64,000 nucleotides of DNA from Botryllus schlosseri (Eukaryota), in NCBI GenBank assembly GCA_051294905.1, contig CM119374.1, positions 22,878,001 through 22,942,000 on the forward strand. The letters run 5' to 3'. A program made the position numbers and the translations under genes. Shown piece after piece: positions 13,092-25,710 of the stretch (its first letter is position 1; each line of letters begins with the position of its first letter). The notes under the pieces are model-generated. The model saw nothing but the letters and a program-made list of their open reading frames with translations, searched no databases and was not told the origin of the DNA.

Positions 13092-13195
13092 ATGCAAAGC
13101 ATGCGAAGCTTTTTCGTTCTGCATTCGCGATCGTCGTCGCGCGACGACTCCAAAAAGCTGCGGAAACAAGTTTTTCACAACGTCGCGTCACGCAA
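13092..13195 (+). CDS. Candidate alternative first coding exon of MOB2 (MQSMRSFFVLHSRSSSRDDSKKLRKQVFHNVASR-)
   Basis: ATG-initiated and open up to a strong AA|GTGAGT donor in phase 2, which matches the phase of exon 53923; CpG-rich context. The link to MOB2 is inference only. Confidence 0.35.
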
Positions 13196-14903
13196 GTGAG
13201 TAAACCTTTGAGCCGGGCTTATGCGCTATTGCGCTGTCATCTGCGCGATTGTCACGCGAATCGAATGCGTGACTGATGTGTTTCCTGGTGGGGTGGGCTT
13301 GTTTTGCTAGTTGTCATTTACCTGATGTATCACATTACGCTCGATGTTCGACATTAACTAATTTTTTGATGACAATATTGTTATTGTAAGGTGACGCTGC
13401 CACAGCGCTCCACTACTCCTCTGCGCCGCCCTTTACGTAGCTTAGGCTTAGGGCATGGTGATATCACCTTGCCCCTGCCTCTCTGAACGCTAATCCAAGG
13501 TATACTGTATACTGTACACTGTACAGCAGCATGTAACCGGGGACCGTAGCCACCATGTTATTTCACGTGTAGGTCCTTGGGATTAACCAGCAACTACGTG
13601 ACGTCATGTATCCATTATTACGTAACTCATGAAAATTACTTCCCGATATTGAAATCTTTCAAATCCAAATTTTTGAGGGCTTATGATGTCTTTTGCCGCT
13701 TTGGCCACTGCGTCAATGTGGCTAGCGATGAAATCTGGTCTGGGAAACCGCCAGACACCAGTCCAATCGCAATTGACCGCGGCTTTAATCGACATTCTAC
13801 ATTCTACATTCTACAATCTACAATACATGTATGATACGTGCGTGTTTGGATTCGCTTCTAGCCTCAACCTCCTCGAATTCTCTCATATTGCGATATATCG
13901 CGATATATCTTGCTGGTGGTGCAAAACAGCAATGCGTGTCTTGTCCCCACGGGTTTCCGTGTTCATTTGGACTTGGTAACAACTCGCCGCGAATGCAAGA
14001 TAGCATGTTCTTGTTTATTGAAAACGACTTCTTGTTCATTGAATACGACATTGGTTTGCATATATGTGTCTGGATTCGCCATCACGTTTTGTCATGTGCA
14101 ATTCTACTGCATTAGTAGTCGTTAAAAACATTCTTGCGTCCTCGTTGTATTCGACGCTAAGATTGACTTCATCCGCTTCAGAGTATATATTAAACGCCGT
14201 ATTTCCGTTTCGTATTTAACCGTAATTTTGTCGCTAGGGCATCCTTCGCATTTCTAGTTCTTTTAGTTGGCGATTCTGCCAGTCTTTCGATCTAATATTT
14301 ATCGCGAGTCAGAAATCGTACCATCAAGATTCCAGAGCATATCATGTTTCAAAAGAGTCGTCTTTGTTATCATGTGTTGTCCGCTGCAATTTACACGGAG
14401 TATTGGATTTGTGCAGCAATAACGGCTCACCCTATAATCTGTCTCGCCGCCCCAATCATTTTCATAGCGCGGCCGGATTAACGGAATCCAGGACTCGGGC
14501 GTCGAAGCCGATATTTTTCCGTAGCATGCGCAATTCGCAAATAAGCACTTCGAAAATGCCTAGTCACGGCGCATTAATCTCGGCAATTTCGATCCAATCT
14601 TTTCCAGTTGGCCGGCCGCGTTATCCGCGCCGGTATTTCGCTGACACGCGATATTGTGTCGGACAGGTGGAGATTTCGACAGTTCTTTATTGCGCGATTC
14701 TTTATAACGCTTCGACACTGATATTTCCCGAAGTGCATTACATCCGACTGTTTGCTCTAAGTCGGGCGCCCTTTTATTTGAATAATAGTAACCACAGATC
14801 TTGCTTAAACATTTACACGCGGCGTTGAAGTACGCGCAGATTGCGCACTTGCGCAGCGCCCCGAAAGGAATGCGCTTTTGGACTGCGGGTTAGCGACCTT
14901 AAC

Positions 14904-14933
14904 CGGGCCTGCGATAATTTATGGTAGGCCCCG
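14904..14933. mobile_element. Ultra-short hairpin element (family D), 30 bp
   Basis: CGGGCCTGCGATAA-tt-TATGGTAGGCCCCG flanked by the direct repeat CCTTAAC (14897-14903 and 14934-14940). Confidence 0.6.
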
Positions 14934-16719
14934 CCTTAACGTTATGGGTTAGTCAGTTTTAACTAAATGAAAACATTAAATAGCAAGTTAGGTTTAAAAA
15001 TGCCACAGGCGTTGCTAGGAGGGGGGATGAGTCAAATGCCGAAATCTTGAAATTGAATGAACATGATATAGTTAGATTCTTATAATATATATGTTAATAT
15101 ATAACGTATCTTTGCATTGCAGGCCTTTAAAATCTCAAAGCATTTTGTTTTGCTACATACTTAAGTCTTCAAAGAGACGCCTAGGATATATTTAGGCATT
15201 TCGAGAGAATTGAGTTTTGTAAAGTATTCATTTTCTTTCGGCCATCTTGGCCATGGTTAACTTTGAAACAAGGTGACAAACGAATAAATAGCCCAGATAT
15301 GGTCAAAAAATGAAAATTTTACACAAAAATGGACATAAGCTACGAATTACTACTATACCCGAAGCTTTTCGAGTCGATACTCGTCACGGGTTACTCAGTT
15401 TTTTAAACTTTGTGGTGAATGGTAAAAATTGGTATCGAAAAAAAAATCACGCTTGATTTCAGTTCCAAAGAAATATGATCGACGGTATTCTTATGCCCCG
15501 GATTGCCCCCACTTCGTAGCCCGTTTACCGACCTCTTGCGGTTTACGCAACACGCAATTAACTGGTACGCGCACTTCCACGCCGGAAATGATACCTCTGT
15601 CGGGTCTGTAATGCATCCTAATACTCTGTTTAATGACTTGTTGTTGATTCGTGAAAGCGCTTGGACCCCCGATTATATTGCGAATATTATGATTAACACT
15701 ACTCATTATAATGCAAGATATATGATAGCGCGTGAAATTCTACGTACATGATCTTAAAGTACATGTCTCATGTCTCATGTTGAGGTACTCGCTACTTCCA
15801 CTTTCCGCACCAATTTATAGTTGCGTATGTGAAGCGATGGGCGCTAGCGAGAAGTTGTAGAAGCTCGTTAGGAAGTGTAGTGCCGAGCTCACTATAGAGT
15901 CTGAGTGTTCTCTATGTGCGTTATTATAAATCCAAGTTGTAATTTAATGTTGTGTTATTGCACTGCTATGTTCGAGCGTCCTAAATGGTCGTCAGATGTT
16001 GGTGGTTGTCACATAATCTGGACTATTCCGTAAATTGGTTGCTCGTAAATCTATATTACGGCCTCTATGAATCCGTCTACCGCGTCCGGTCGGACTTAGT
16101 ACATTTCCAAGTCCTGTTCCTAATCGAGCTCCAAATCGATCCAGATTACGAAAACCATCACGGATTTAGAATTAAAAAAATCGATGTGAAGATATTACCG
16201 AATTTTGGACTGGATCTCCGATGTTGCCTAAACAGCATTTAAACACGGAATTTCAATTAATTTTCACGCGACTCGTGTAATGAATCTGCACGAGAAATCA
16301 CCTGAATGAAATGGGTTTGTAATCGCGCGTGATGTAGGAAATATCCGGATCCCGTTTTCGTCCTTAATGTTAAAATTGGGATCCAAAGAATCCTGCTCAT
16401 GGTTGAGCATGAGCAGTGAGCAATGAGCTTCTATTACCCCCATTTTAATTGTACCTCGGGATTGCATTGAAGTTTGGTATCAAGTATTCGTGGGAAATTT
16501 TGGTGCAATGCAAAAACCAGCCTAGTCCGAGTCTATGTTTGGTTGCTTCGGTGTTTTGAATGAAGTCACGTTCACGCAACAGGAATTTAGAATCCTGTCT
16601 TGATATGTGTCGAGGGCAAAAATGTGAATCCGGATACAATAATATTTCAGAAAACACTTGCCGAATTTCTGTCCGGTTAAAATCCGAAGCCCTTATCCTG
16701 TACAATGTTAGATACTTCT

Positions 16720-17610
16720 GTTTGTCTGGTTCTAATCTAATTTGTGAAATGTTTCTACACTCATATTTTAATTCTTATCTAATTTCTGGATTTCCTGAAA
16801 ATGCTACGGGGGAATTGTATATAGTGCAAAACGATTCAAGTTTGCTGTACATGTACAGTTGTACACAGTACAGTAGGGCTCTTCAAAATTGACTTTTTTT
16901 CTCAAATCGTACTGGCTACTTGATAAAATTGTTAGGTTACCTAATTTAAGCCTACACACCAAATTTGGTTCAATTCCAACCAGTAGCCGCATTGCTACAG
17001 GAAAAGAAAGTTTCTATTTATTATATAAAAGCAAATAGCAAAAATTTGAAAATTTTCTGTTCACCCCATGAAAGCGTTGGGTTGTGTATAGAAACGATGT
17101 TCACCAAATTTGGTTCAATTCCAACCCGTGGAAGCGGAGCTATGGCCGTCGAAAAATTTGGATTATGAATAAAATAGTAATTACGGTGACCAATTCTTTC
17201 ATTATTTATTATAGTGGTGCCCACCGTAAACACTATTTTATTCAAATCCGTATATATAATAAATAGAAACTTTATTCTCCTGTATCAATGCGGCTACCGG
17301 CTGGAATCGAACCAAATTTGGTGTGTAGGCTTAAATTAGGTAACCTAACAATTTTATCAAGTAGCCAGTACGATTTGAGAAAAAAAGTCATGTTTGAAGA
17401 GCCCTACTGTACAGACGCTTGCCATAATCATGCTCATGATAATGAACTCTCGTTAGATATGATCTGAACCTCGTTCACTTTGTAAGTTTTCGCGAATTCA
17501 GTAATTTTATATTAATTTGGAAAAACCTGTGTAGCTATTATTCTAGTCTAATTTGAAAAAATGTATAGCTATCATTGTAATTGTAATCTAATTTTGAAAA
17601 ACTGAAAATT
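16720..17610 (+). repeat. Family F repeat interrupted by a family B MITE
   Basis: Segments on both sides of the B insert align with 22020-22200 and 45780-45850; followed by attcta(a/g)tctaatttg units. Confidence 0.55.
16874..17406. mobile_element. Family B fold-back (palindromic) hAT MITE, 533 bp
   Basis: TAGGGCTCTTCAAA...TTTGAAGAGCCCTA; long inverted arms; 8-bp TSD CAGTACAG / CTGTACAG. Confidence 0.85.
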
Positions 17611-19862
17611 ATCTCGTTGTCCAAACCTGCGTATGACAGCGTTGAAAAGGTTACCTTCGCGATATCAGGAGCTTCAATCTTTTACGCGAGTGTAACAGAA
17701 ACGAAGCTTACATCTTCCAATCGGTGTAACCCGATGAAATGTTTAATGAGAATGCTTCCTCCGTCGCAAGGCCACTAAAGAGGCTATCAATACCTACCGA
17801 TTCTGCATGTGTTGAGACTCGGCTACAATGCGTCCCCCTTTCCAGCTCGGAGTCCCATATCTCCTTATCGATTCCACCCAGTTGGCTCGCCGAAGGCCTG
17901 TTGTTGTGTCGTGTTCGGTATTGATTGTGTGGCACGCTTCAAGGCGACGAATTCCGAAATTGTCGTGGGATTATATACGATAGGATCGGTCGCTATACGT
18001 CAGAACGGCTGGCTGGCTCGCCGTTTGTTGACCCTGCTAACAAAATGTTATACGCAACGCCGCGCTTTTAGTCTGTGGACGCATTATACACCTTGTATGA
18101 TCACCGCGGTTAAGTGTGTCAGGTTTTCTCGTAAGGATAGCAGTTACTTAAACCGAGGTTGAGGAGCTTTCGACGTGAATCGATTCCTTTCCCAAAGCAA
18201 CACTCTCGTGACGATTGTGATCGCAATGATGATTTTGGTATATGCGTTTTCGACTACGTACAGGCTGTTATAGTCATTAAGCATGACGACGGAATGTAGT
18301 GCTATACCAACGGGGTGAGAGCTGTGAGCTGTATTCGTTGTCATTGGTGTGTGGGGTGTTGAACTTGTGGTAGTGTTGGTGTTAGCGTGGTAGGTGACGA
18401 TAGATTGTTCTGTGCGCTTGTTAGTCGAGATTTTGTGACAGAATTCTCTTCGAGGCGTTATTTCGCGACCTGTTGACTGTGTGATGTGGGTTTTTAACCA
18501 ATTGAACCTGGCATCCTTGCTTATGATGGTATTCTGAATGTGGTGCGCTGAGGTGATTATTACATGGCCGCGTGCTGTTTTCATCGTCGCTGTGAAATCA
18601 TAGTAGATTATGTTCATTTTTACAAATTTTCAGATCTATTTTGAAATTGATAGAAAATGAAGTTTTTGTCAAATTATGTTTTTTCTGCCATACCTAGGTC
18701 ATGTTAATGTATGTCACATTGTCACATTGTCTCAAAGTTTACCACGGCCAAGATAAACTTTACGTAGAGTTAATTTTCTCAAAATATGTAAAACGGACAT
18801 TTAAGGTAATTGTGATTCCGCAGCGACGGTATGTTTAAAAAAAGGATTTCAATTTCAACTGTGTTTGTATAGTCCAATACCCGTCGATAACATTGCCCCA
18901 AAACATTGGTCCCAAATGTCACACAGTGTTTCGAGGCTGTGCGTATTCCGAATCATTTTCATTTCGATTTATAGTTATTCAGCGCGAAAGATGTCTGAAA
19001 TTTCAAATTTGGTTCGGTCCTTGGACAGAAATGAGGATGTAACACTTGATCATGTGGGTTAAAGTTATGGTTGGGATAGGAATAGGAGTTGGACTTTGTG
19101 TATTTTGTGCTTGAGGTTTTTGCGGCATATATACCGACTCATGATACTTATACGCACGATATGTGCATCATATGAGCATGATCTGCATATGTCGCTGGAC
19201 AATTGCACAATATGGACAGGACATGGACGGTGCAGATGTGGCCTTGTAACCTCTCTTGGGTTAGGGTGGGGTTCGGTTCTTGAACGCCAAAATCTCTACG
19301 TCTGATGGTTTTCTGCGAGTGCTCACCCGTGTAGAAACACCGAAATTGAAAGTGATATCTTCACTATTTATTGCGCCATTCAAGATTCTGCAATTTGAAG
19401 ACTTGGGATAATGACAACAGCGATTTCTCATTTAGTTTCGCTTGATGTGAAGCGCGGGAAGGTCACGTGCGTTCCTTGTGCGAAACCTGCGATTGTTCGC
19501 GACCACGGTTCTTATGTCGGCTTTTTCTAAAGGATGCCGACTGCGTTATTAAACTCTATAGTTCTCAATCCGACCCGTCGTAACGCGGCCGCACGTGGCC
19601 TAATAAAGCGGCAGTTAAAGATTTTAGTTTGCAGTGGGAATTCCCGGAAAGTTAATGTGTAACGTTGCAAGGAGAGTTATTGCGAGTTATTTATAGCGGA
19701 CAGATGTAGGCGGGTAGCTGGCGTCGCCGGCCGTAAAGGAATGAAATTCGGCCAAAATGCTAATAATTTCTAGTCGCTATTAACGCTACACATGGCTATA
19801 AAAGTGTTCCATTGAGTTTGTAGAAATATTGATGAAAAATATGCATGATGAAGATGGAAAGT

Positions 19863-19915
19863 ATATTCATATTTAAACAAATCCGAATATTTTCGGCTGG
19901 CACTCATCAGGGGTG
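19863..19915 (-). repeat. Family E terminal segment with hammerhead-like motif
   Basis: Minus strand: ACCC CTGATGA GTGCCAGCC GAAA ATAT TC GGAT; aligns with 23872, 27598, 48748 and 49460-49521. Confidence 0.6.
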
Positions 19916-20583
19916 GTGAATTGTAAAATGAAGTTTTATTCCTCCAAGAAGCTCTTTTAATAATCAAGATTGTAAATTTATTGGTATCCAGAGTAGTGAT
20001 GAACAAGAATGTATCCAATCGCCCGCCGTTCTATGTCGGCTTGCTATATGCTATCGACCGCACGATGTGTTTAAAGTTGTCCAGAATGTTCACGGCGTCA
20101 CGATGATGATGTAACTGGAAATTAATGACAATTAGGAGGAACTGAATCATATTAAAGGCTTTTGTAACTTCTGTGTATCTGATAACGTTTGCTGTTAGAC
20201 CGTGAACCATGTCGTTCTTTACATACCCCGCGATTGCGAGTTCTCTTTTTACCATATTGATTAAATACTTGAGGTTGAATACATTACACTACGGCACATT
20301 GGGTTATCAAGATGTCATCTGCTGGAGCATGATATAACCTATATTTCGTAGGCACAAATATGTACGTCTTCAACGTGAAAATTTGGTCAGATTTATGTTT
20401 GGTTTCCAAAGAAAGTGTTCTCGAATATCCTCTTTACGGCTTAGCGGATATCTGTAAACGGACAGCATTTTTACGGCAAGTCGTTTTGTGCAATGTAATT
20501 TGCAGTGTACTTGAAATCGATCGTAGTCTTAAATGCGGGGTCGCTCCGCTGCGCCGCAGTCGATCTGATTCGATGTGATCACA

Positions 20584-20678
20584 ATGCGGGATTATTCGAC
20601 TGATTGTGTCGTCACCATGAGCGTCGTCGTCGACACGGAAGAAATCGCGAAAGACGTGCTGTTCTTCTATTGCTGCCG
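20584..20678 (+). CDS. Candidate alternative first coding exon of MOB2 (MRDYSTDCVVTMSVVVDTEEIAKDVLFFYCC-R)
   Basis: acaATG and accATG starts in frame; phase-2 donor CG|GTTGGT would give ...FFYCCR-KNKKPKP; CpG-rich 5' flank. Inference only. Confidence 0.35.
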
Positions 20679-21959
20679 GTTGGTATATGGTACTTCGACC
20701 TGGACTGTGGCGGTATTGCCAATTTGTGCATTTGGGGTGGTACTTATTCTGTTATTCAAGTTTTTGGAATTAAAATCTTGCGTTGGCAGTATTTTGGCAA
20801 TTTCAGCTGTGTTCAAATATCAAAAGGAGAACTTGTTCAACACATTTTAGATGGGTAGCTAGTGGTTCTCCCCGAGAAAAACCATATAAGAATGTAGACT
20901 CCGGAATTCCTACCTAAAGTGTTGGAGGTTTATCTAGGCTAGACCTAGAAGTGGGCCGTGCTACAAGTCGGCTGCTACGGAATCGAAAAAAGGCATATTG
21001 GCCTGGCGTAATTGACCATTGTAGTCGGCAAACACCATAAATAGCACAAGCATCACACATAAGAATGTCTGCCCGATGTAAATGACCATTTTCAGTCGAA
21101 AAACACCATGTCCATGAATGCCACAAAAACAACAGATGTGCCAGTGCTACCAGCGAAGAACTGTGTTTGAGGTTCTTCAGAAACATTAAGATTGGCCCCG
21201 CTGAGTTAATCGAGGGGTGCTCTGGTTGGAGAATTGTGGGCGCAGGCTGCTTTAGCAGCTCAACTACCCTGTGCAGTATGTAGAGATGAAAATGTAATTC
21301 CCCCCAGACGCCCGCGATCTTTTTCTAGCGGCCTATTCTAGTCGCAATTGAAGTGCTATAGGGTTCATTCTTTTTGTATGCGAGGTATTTTGAATATAAA
21401 CAGGAATTTGACACTGCTTCAAGAAAGATTTGGCCCCAGTGACATTCAGCAGTTTGCGGTCGGCGTAACTGTTATTTTTTGCTGCGAGTGAACCCGTTTT
21501 TGTTTCGATTGGAAAACACATCATCACGTGACTGAATGTGACTGTTAATGGGTAGGATACAAACTCTCATCTCCGTACCGCACACACCATGCTGCCCAGT
21601 GTCCACTGCCCACTCATGAATACTGTGTTAATGTTACAGTGAAATAGTTTTCATTGAATGATCGTAGTCGGAATGATATAATCAAATGAGCGGACTACCG
21701 TTTGAATTGCAGTCATCGAAATTCGACAAGTAGTTAGGATGCGGCGTTAACATGGAATTTTCAGGGCGTCGTTAATTCTTAGTTGCTTCCGTGATTTTGT
21801 TGCGGGCCGGATTTATTGATGTGTGAAGTCATTTTCTATTAAAAAAATCGATACCGAATAAACTCCCGTCTCTCTGTTTATGTGCAATCAGTATTTACTC
21901 CGAATGCGATTGATTGATCGGATTCACCTCTCTTCGCTGGCGGTCAGTCCCGACTAGAG

Positions 21960-22660
21960 GCTGATAACTAGATATTCTAGTTGAGCGAAATTCCAGTATT
22001 TGAGTCCTAGTCTAATTTGTGCGATGTTACTATATGCTCTAATTTTAATTATAATGTAATTTATGGTTTTCCAGTAAACGCTACAGGAAAACTGTATAGT
22101 GCGATGCAAGCCTCGCTTGCTGTACAGACACTTGCTAGATTCTCATGATCATGATAATAAACCGTGATTTGATGTAGCTGTGTAGCTATAATACTAATCT
22201 AATTTGAAGAAAAAACGGTGAAGGTATAATTCTAATCTAATTTGAAAAAACCGTGTAGCTGTAATTCTAATTCTAATGTAATTTGAAAAAAAAAACGGTG
22301 TAGGTATGATTCTAATCTAATTTGAAAAAACCGTGTAGCTGTAATTCTAATTCTAATGTAATTTGAAAAAAAAACGGTGTAGGTATAATTCTAATCTAAT
22401 TTGAAAAAAAAACAGCGTAGCTATAGTTCTAATTCTAATGTAATTTGGAAAAAAAACTGTAGCTATAATTGTAATTCTAATCTAATTTGGAGAAAACGGT
22501 GTAGTTATAGCTCTAATCGGATTCGAAAAACAAAACGGTGTAGCTATTATTCTAATTCTAATCTAATTTGAAAAATCGTGTAGCTATAATTCTAATTTTA
22601 TTCCAATTTCGAAAATACAGTAGCTGTAATTCTAATCTAATTTTTTAAAGCTAAAAATTT
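21960..22660 (+). repeat. Family F repeat with expanded internal minisatellite
   Basis: About 12 imperfect 32-45-bp units of GTAGCTATAATTCTAATCTAATTTGAAAAAAACGGT at ~22180-22650; the 5' part aligns with the other F copies. Confidence 0.75.
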
Positions 22661-22743
22661 CCTAATTCACCAATTATGCTTGACACAGTGTTTGGCACGC
22701 CCTTGTTTATCGCACACCAACAGAGGGGGTCAGTAGTAACGAA

Positions 22744-23309
22744 CAGGGTTGTAACCAAGTCACAAGGCTCCGAGTCACAAGTCAATCTCACTTTTATAGT
22801 TTTGACTCTCGAGTCAAGTCGAGTCATTTTCAATTGACCACCGAGTCAAGTCCAAGTCAGCGAGCAGAGGGTCGAGTCCGAGTCATGGTATTATGAATCG
22901 AGTCCGAGGCCAAGTCATTGTGTTGACTGCTCAGTGCTCAGTTCCAGTTAACGTCCTGTTAAGCCCACTTTTTATAACTCTGTTTAGTGATATCGGATGG
23001 TTCGCATTTATAATATACTAATTTTCCTCACTTTTATCAGTTTCTGGTTTCATTTTCAAGTACCAGTACCAATACACAAAATCCCAATAGTGTGGTTACT
23101 TTACTATTCTTCGAAAATACAATGAAAGGTCGGTGTTGGCCGTCTGATTCTCGAGTCATATGACTTGGTTCGAGTCATGCGCAGTGACTCGAGTCCAAGT
23201 CGAGTCAATACACAGATTGACTCGAGTCGAGTCATTTCCGTATTTTGAGAAAATGACTCGAGTCAAGTCGAGTCATAAGAAAATCGTGACTCGAGTCATT
23301 ACAACCCTG
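22744..23309 (+). mobile_element. Family A hAT MITE, full length (566 bp)
   Basis: 11-bp TIR CAGGGTTGTAA / TTACAACCCTG; perfect 8-bp TSD GTAACGAA (22736-22743 and 23310-23317); subterminal GACTCGAGTC arrays. Confidence 0.9.
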
Positions 23310-23871
23310 GTAACGAATTCCTAATTTTTCAAAGTACTCAAGTCGGTTGTGCCTACTCCTACTGAGTGGTTGTGATTTTGGCCATTTCCATGTCTACATA
23401 TACTTACTACAATTCACGACGTTACTAATACCTGTGTACCGACGATGTCTGCTTTGGCCGTCTCTGGTCCCGACTGGGTTTGTCTACTGTTACGATATAG
23501 TATTCATTGCGTTGATTTGCTTCATTTTCGTAAACGCTAATATGCGTGATCGTGTGTCGCACGTCATCACGCTGCTTTTAAATTACGCCGTCGTGGCTTT
23601 CGTAGTTCGTAGTAACGTCAAACTTACTATTCGCGGCAGCTCCCGTTTACATTCCCTGCGTGTTTCGTCAGTGCGTTGGCGAAATGTCACGCCGCCGCCT
23701 ATGCTTCGCTTCGACACATGTCCGTCGACGTTTCGTCATGCAGGGCGCGATAATGGGAGTTGCCATGTGAGCGAGCGGATAAGGTAGGGAGGGACGCCTT
23801 AACTGTGCGGACAGAAATAGGAATGCGCGCTATCGCGTAGGAAGGCGCGGTAGACTATACAGAATTTACAC

Positions 23872-24012
23872 ATATTCATACTGAAATGAACCCGACTATT
23901 TTCGGCTGACACTCATCAGGGGTAATCGTCGGTAACGAATCTTCGAAATTTCATGCTAGTGACGTCATATTTTGCGACACGATTGTTAATATACAAACTT
24001 CTTTTGAATTCG
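23872..24012 (-). repeat. Family E copy (terminus plus internal segment) with intact hammerhead core
   Basis: Minus strand: ACCC CTGATGA GTGTCAGCC GAAA ATAG TC GGGT; the adjacent segment is the reverse complement of 11640-11695 and 27690-27740. Confidence 0.65.
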
Positions 24013-25489
24013 GGGCGCTGGTAATTTATTCGTAGTCCAGGGGGACGGTAGCTCAGAAAAGTTTGGGAACCATTGTTGTAGACTAATACTACTTCTACTT
24101 TACAGTTTTCAGTGTTTAAGCAAGACTGGGTTGGTACAAATATAATAAGGGAAAGGCCGTTGGAAATGTCGATCTCTCGCTCCAGCAAAAGTCGTGTATA
24201 TCCCGTACCCATATTATGATTGTGTTCTTTTAGCAGCTTCCGAAATCTCACTTAGCGATACAGGTATGTGTGGAAGATTACGGTAGACACTTTATCTCAG
24301 TACATCGTTTGCTTTCACCTCCTACCATTGAAATTACATAAGTCGTGACGATATGGCGCTATCGTATCCTGTCTGAATCGTTGGCGGAGATCCTTATTCG
24401 GCCAAACGTTAGCATTCATGCCAGATTCATCATCTGGTCGTTTGGTATCGTGGACATCCGAAGTTTTTGCGACTAAGATGCGGAAAGTTGTATTTGCGAT
24501 TGGAATAACGTAACGCTTATTCAGATGACATTCCCGGTCGTGAAACTCCATATTAGGAAAATCACATATGATAGCTAGCTCTTCGTTGTAATATCATCCG
24601 TTACGATTCAGACTAGCAATGAGCGCATTGTCTGCCCCTATAAAGGACAATGGGTGTTACAGTGCGTGGTGATTCTTTGTTGAGCTGTTTTTATCAGCGA
24701 CAGAAACCTCGGTACCCCCTGACAGGTTTCGGTGCCTTAACACATCACCCCGCACGCTTTTACCAGCAGTGTTTTTCGGTGCGGCATTGAAATTACGGCT
24801 TCAATTGTGAGGTTTTATCGTAATTTTTGACTTGAGAAGACTGCTTTGATGCGCGCGTTCTAGGGAAAGCCGGGTTCATGTTCCGGCTAATCTGAGATTT
24901 ATAAGGATTTGTCTGTAAATACGACCCTTTCCGCCCGTACACTCCCGTATTTGTCGGTATGAACCCCTTATTTACATACCTCTCCTTCGTTTTTGAGACT
25001 GCTTGTGCACGAGGGTTTTTGGATAGTTTATATCTCCGTGAACACCGCCTGCGATAATGAGCCGCAAAGGGCGCGAAAAATTTAGCGGCGAAGGCGTAGG
25101 CTTTTATTGATATCATGTCCCTGAAAATCGCCGTGAAAAATGCAGTTTTCCGATCTCCAAATATGTAGACTTTCGTTTTCTGGCCATTGTTCGGTCGCAC
25201 GCTGTTGCATCACGGAATGAATGCAATGAAAACGGAATCGCGATCATTCACAATGACATTCGTATCGCTTCTTTTCAACTTCAGATTCAAATAGATTCAA
25301 GTCAAGTAGTGGGTACCTGTCGTTTTTACGGCTTGGCATAATGATTCGAGAATTGATTCTAATGATTCGAGCCGATTAGCGAGAGATGTTTTTTACGGGC
25401 GAGGTAGATATGATGGTGACCCGACGTATGAGCAATAAGCAATAAGCATGCGACGCAATGGAAAACGATAGTTGAGCTTGAGACAGTTT

Positions 25490-25710
25490 AGCATGTGCCA
25501 CTTCAGCATGTGACTTTGTAACCCCAAAACTAATCCTAACCCGACACATATCCCTGAAATTAACCGCTATAAATATCTTAACCCCAAGCCTTACCCTAAC
25601 CAAAGCGTAAATTCAACCCTGCTTCTCCCCTAACCCGAAATTTAACCCACATGCTCATGTGTCGCATGCTCGTTGCTCATATGTCTACGGACCCGCTATG
25701 TGCTAGCGGT
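25490..25710 (+). repeat. Family G dispersed repeat with CTAACCC-like motifs
   Basis: Repeated (c)taaccc motifs; homologous to 9985-10060. Confidence 0.55.

Noticed and set aside
14364-14828. 154-aa ORF
   Set aside because: Non-ATG start and no family motif; this length is within chance for 64 kb.
17708-17935. Minus-strand ORF ending at an AT|GTAAG donor-like site
   Set aside because: An upstream in-frame stop, no good acceptor, no partner exons and no homology.
18144-18617. 157-aa minus-strand ORF
   Set aside because: Thr/His-rich because of GT-rich sequence on the + strand; no domain recognised.
20914-21186. 90-aa ORF with a signal-peptide-like start
   Set aside because: No recognisable family and no supporting exons.
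23160-23300. Regular GACTCGAGTC repeats as a CRISPR-like array
   Set aside because: Irregular spacing with no unique spacers; these are subterminal motifs of hAT MITE family A in a eukaryotic context.
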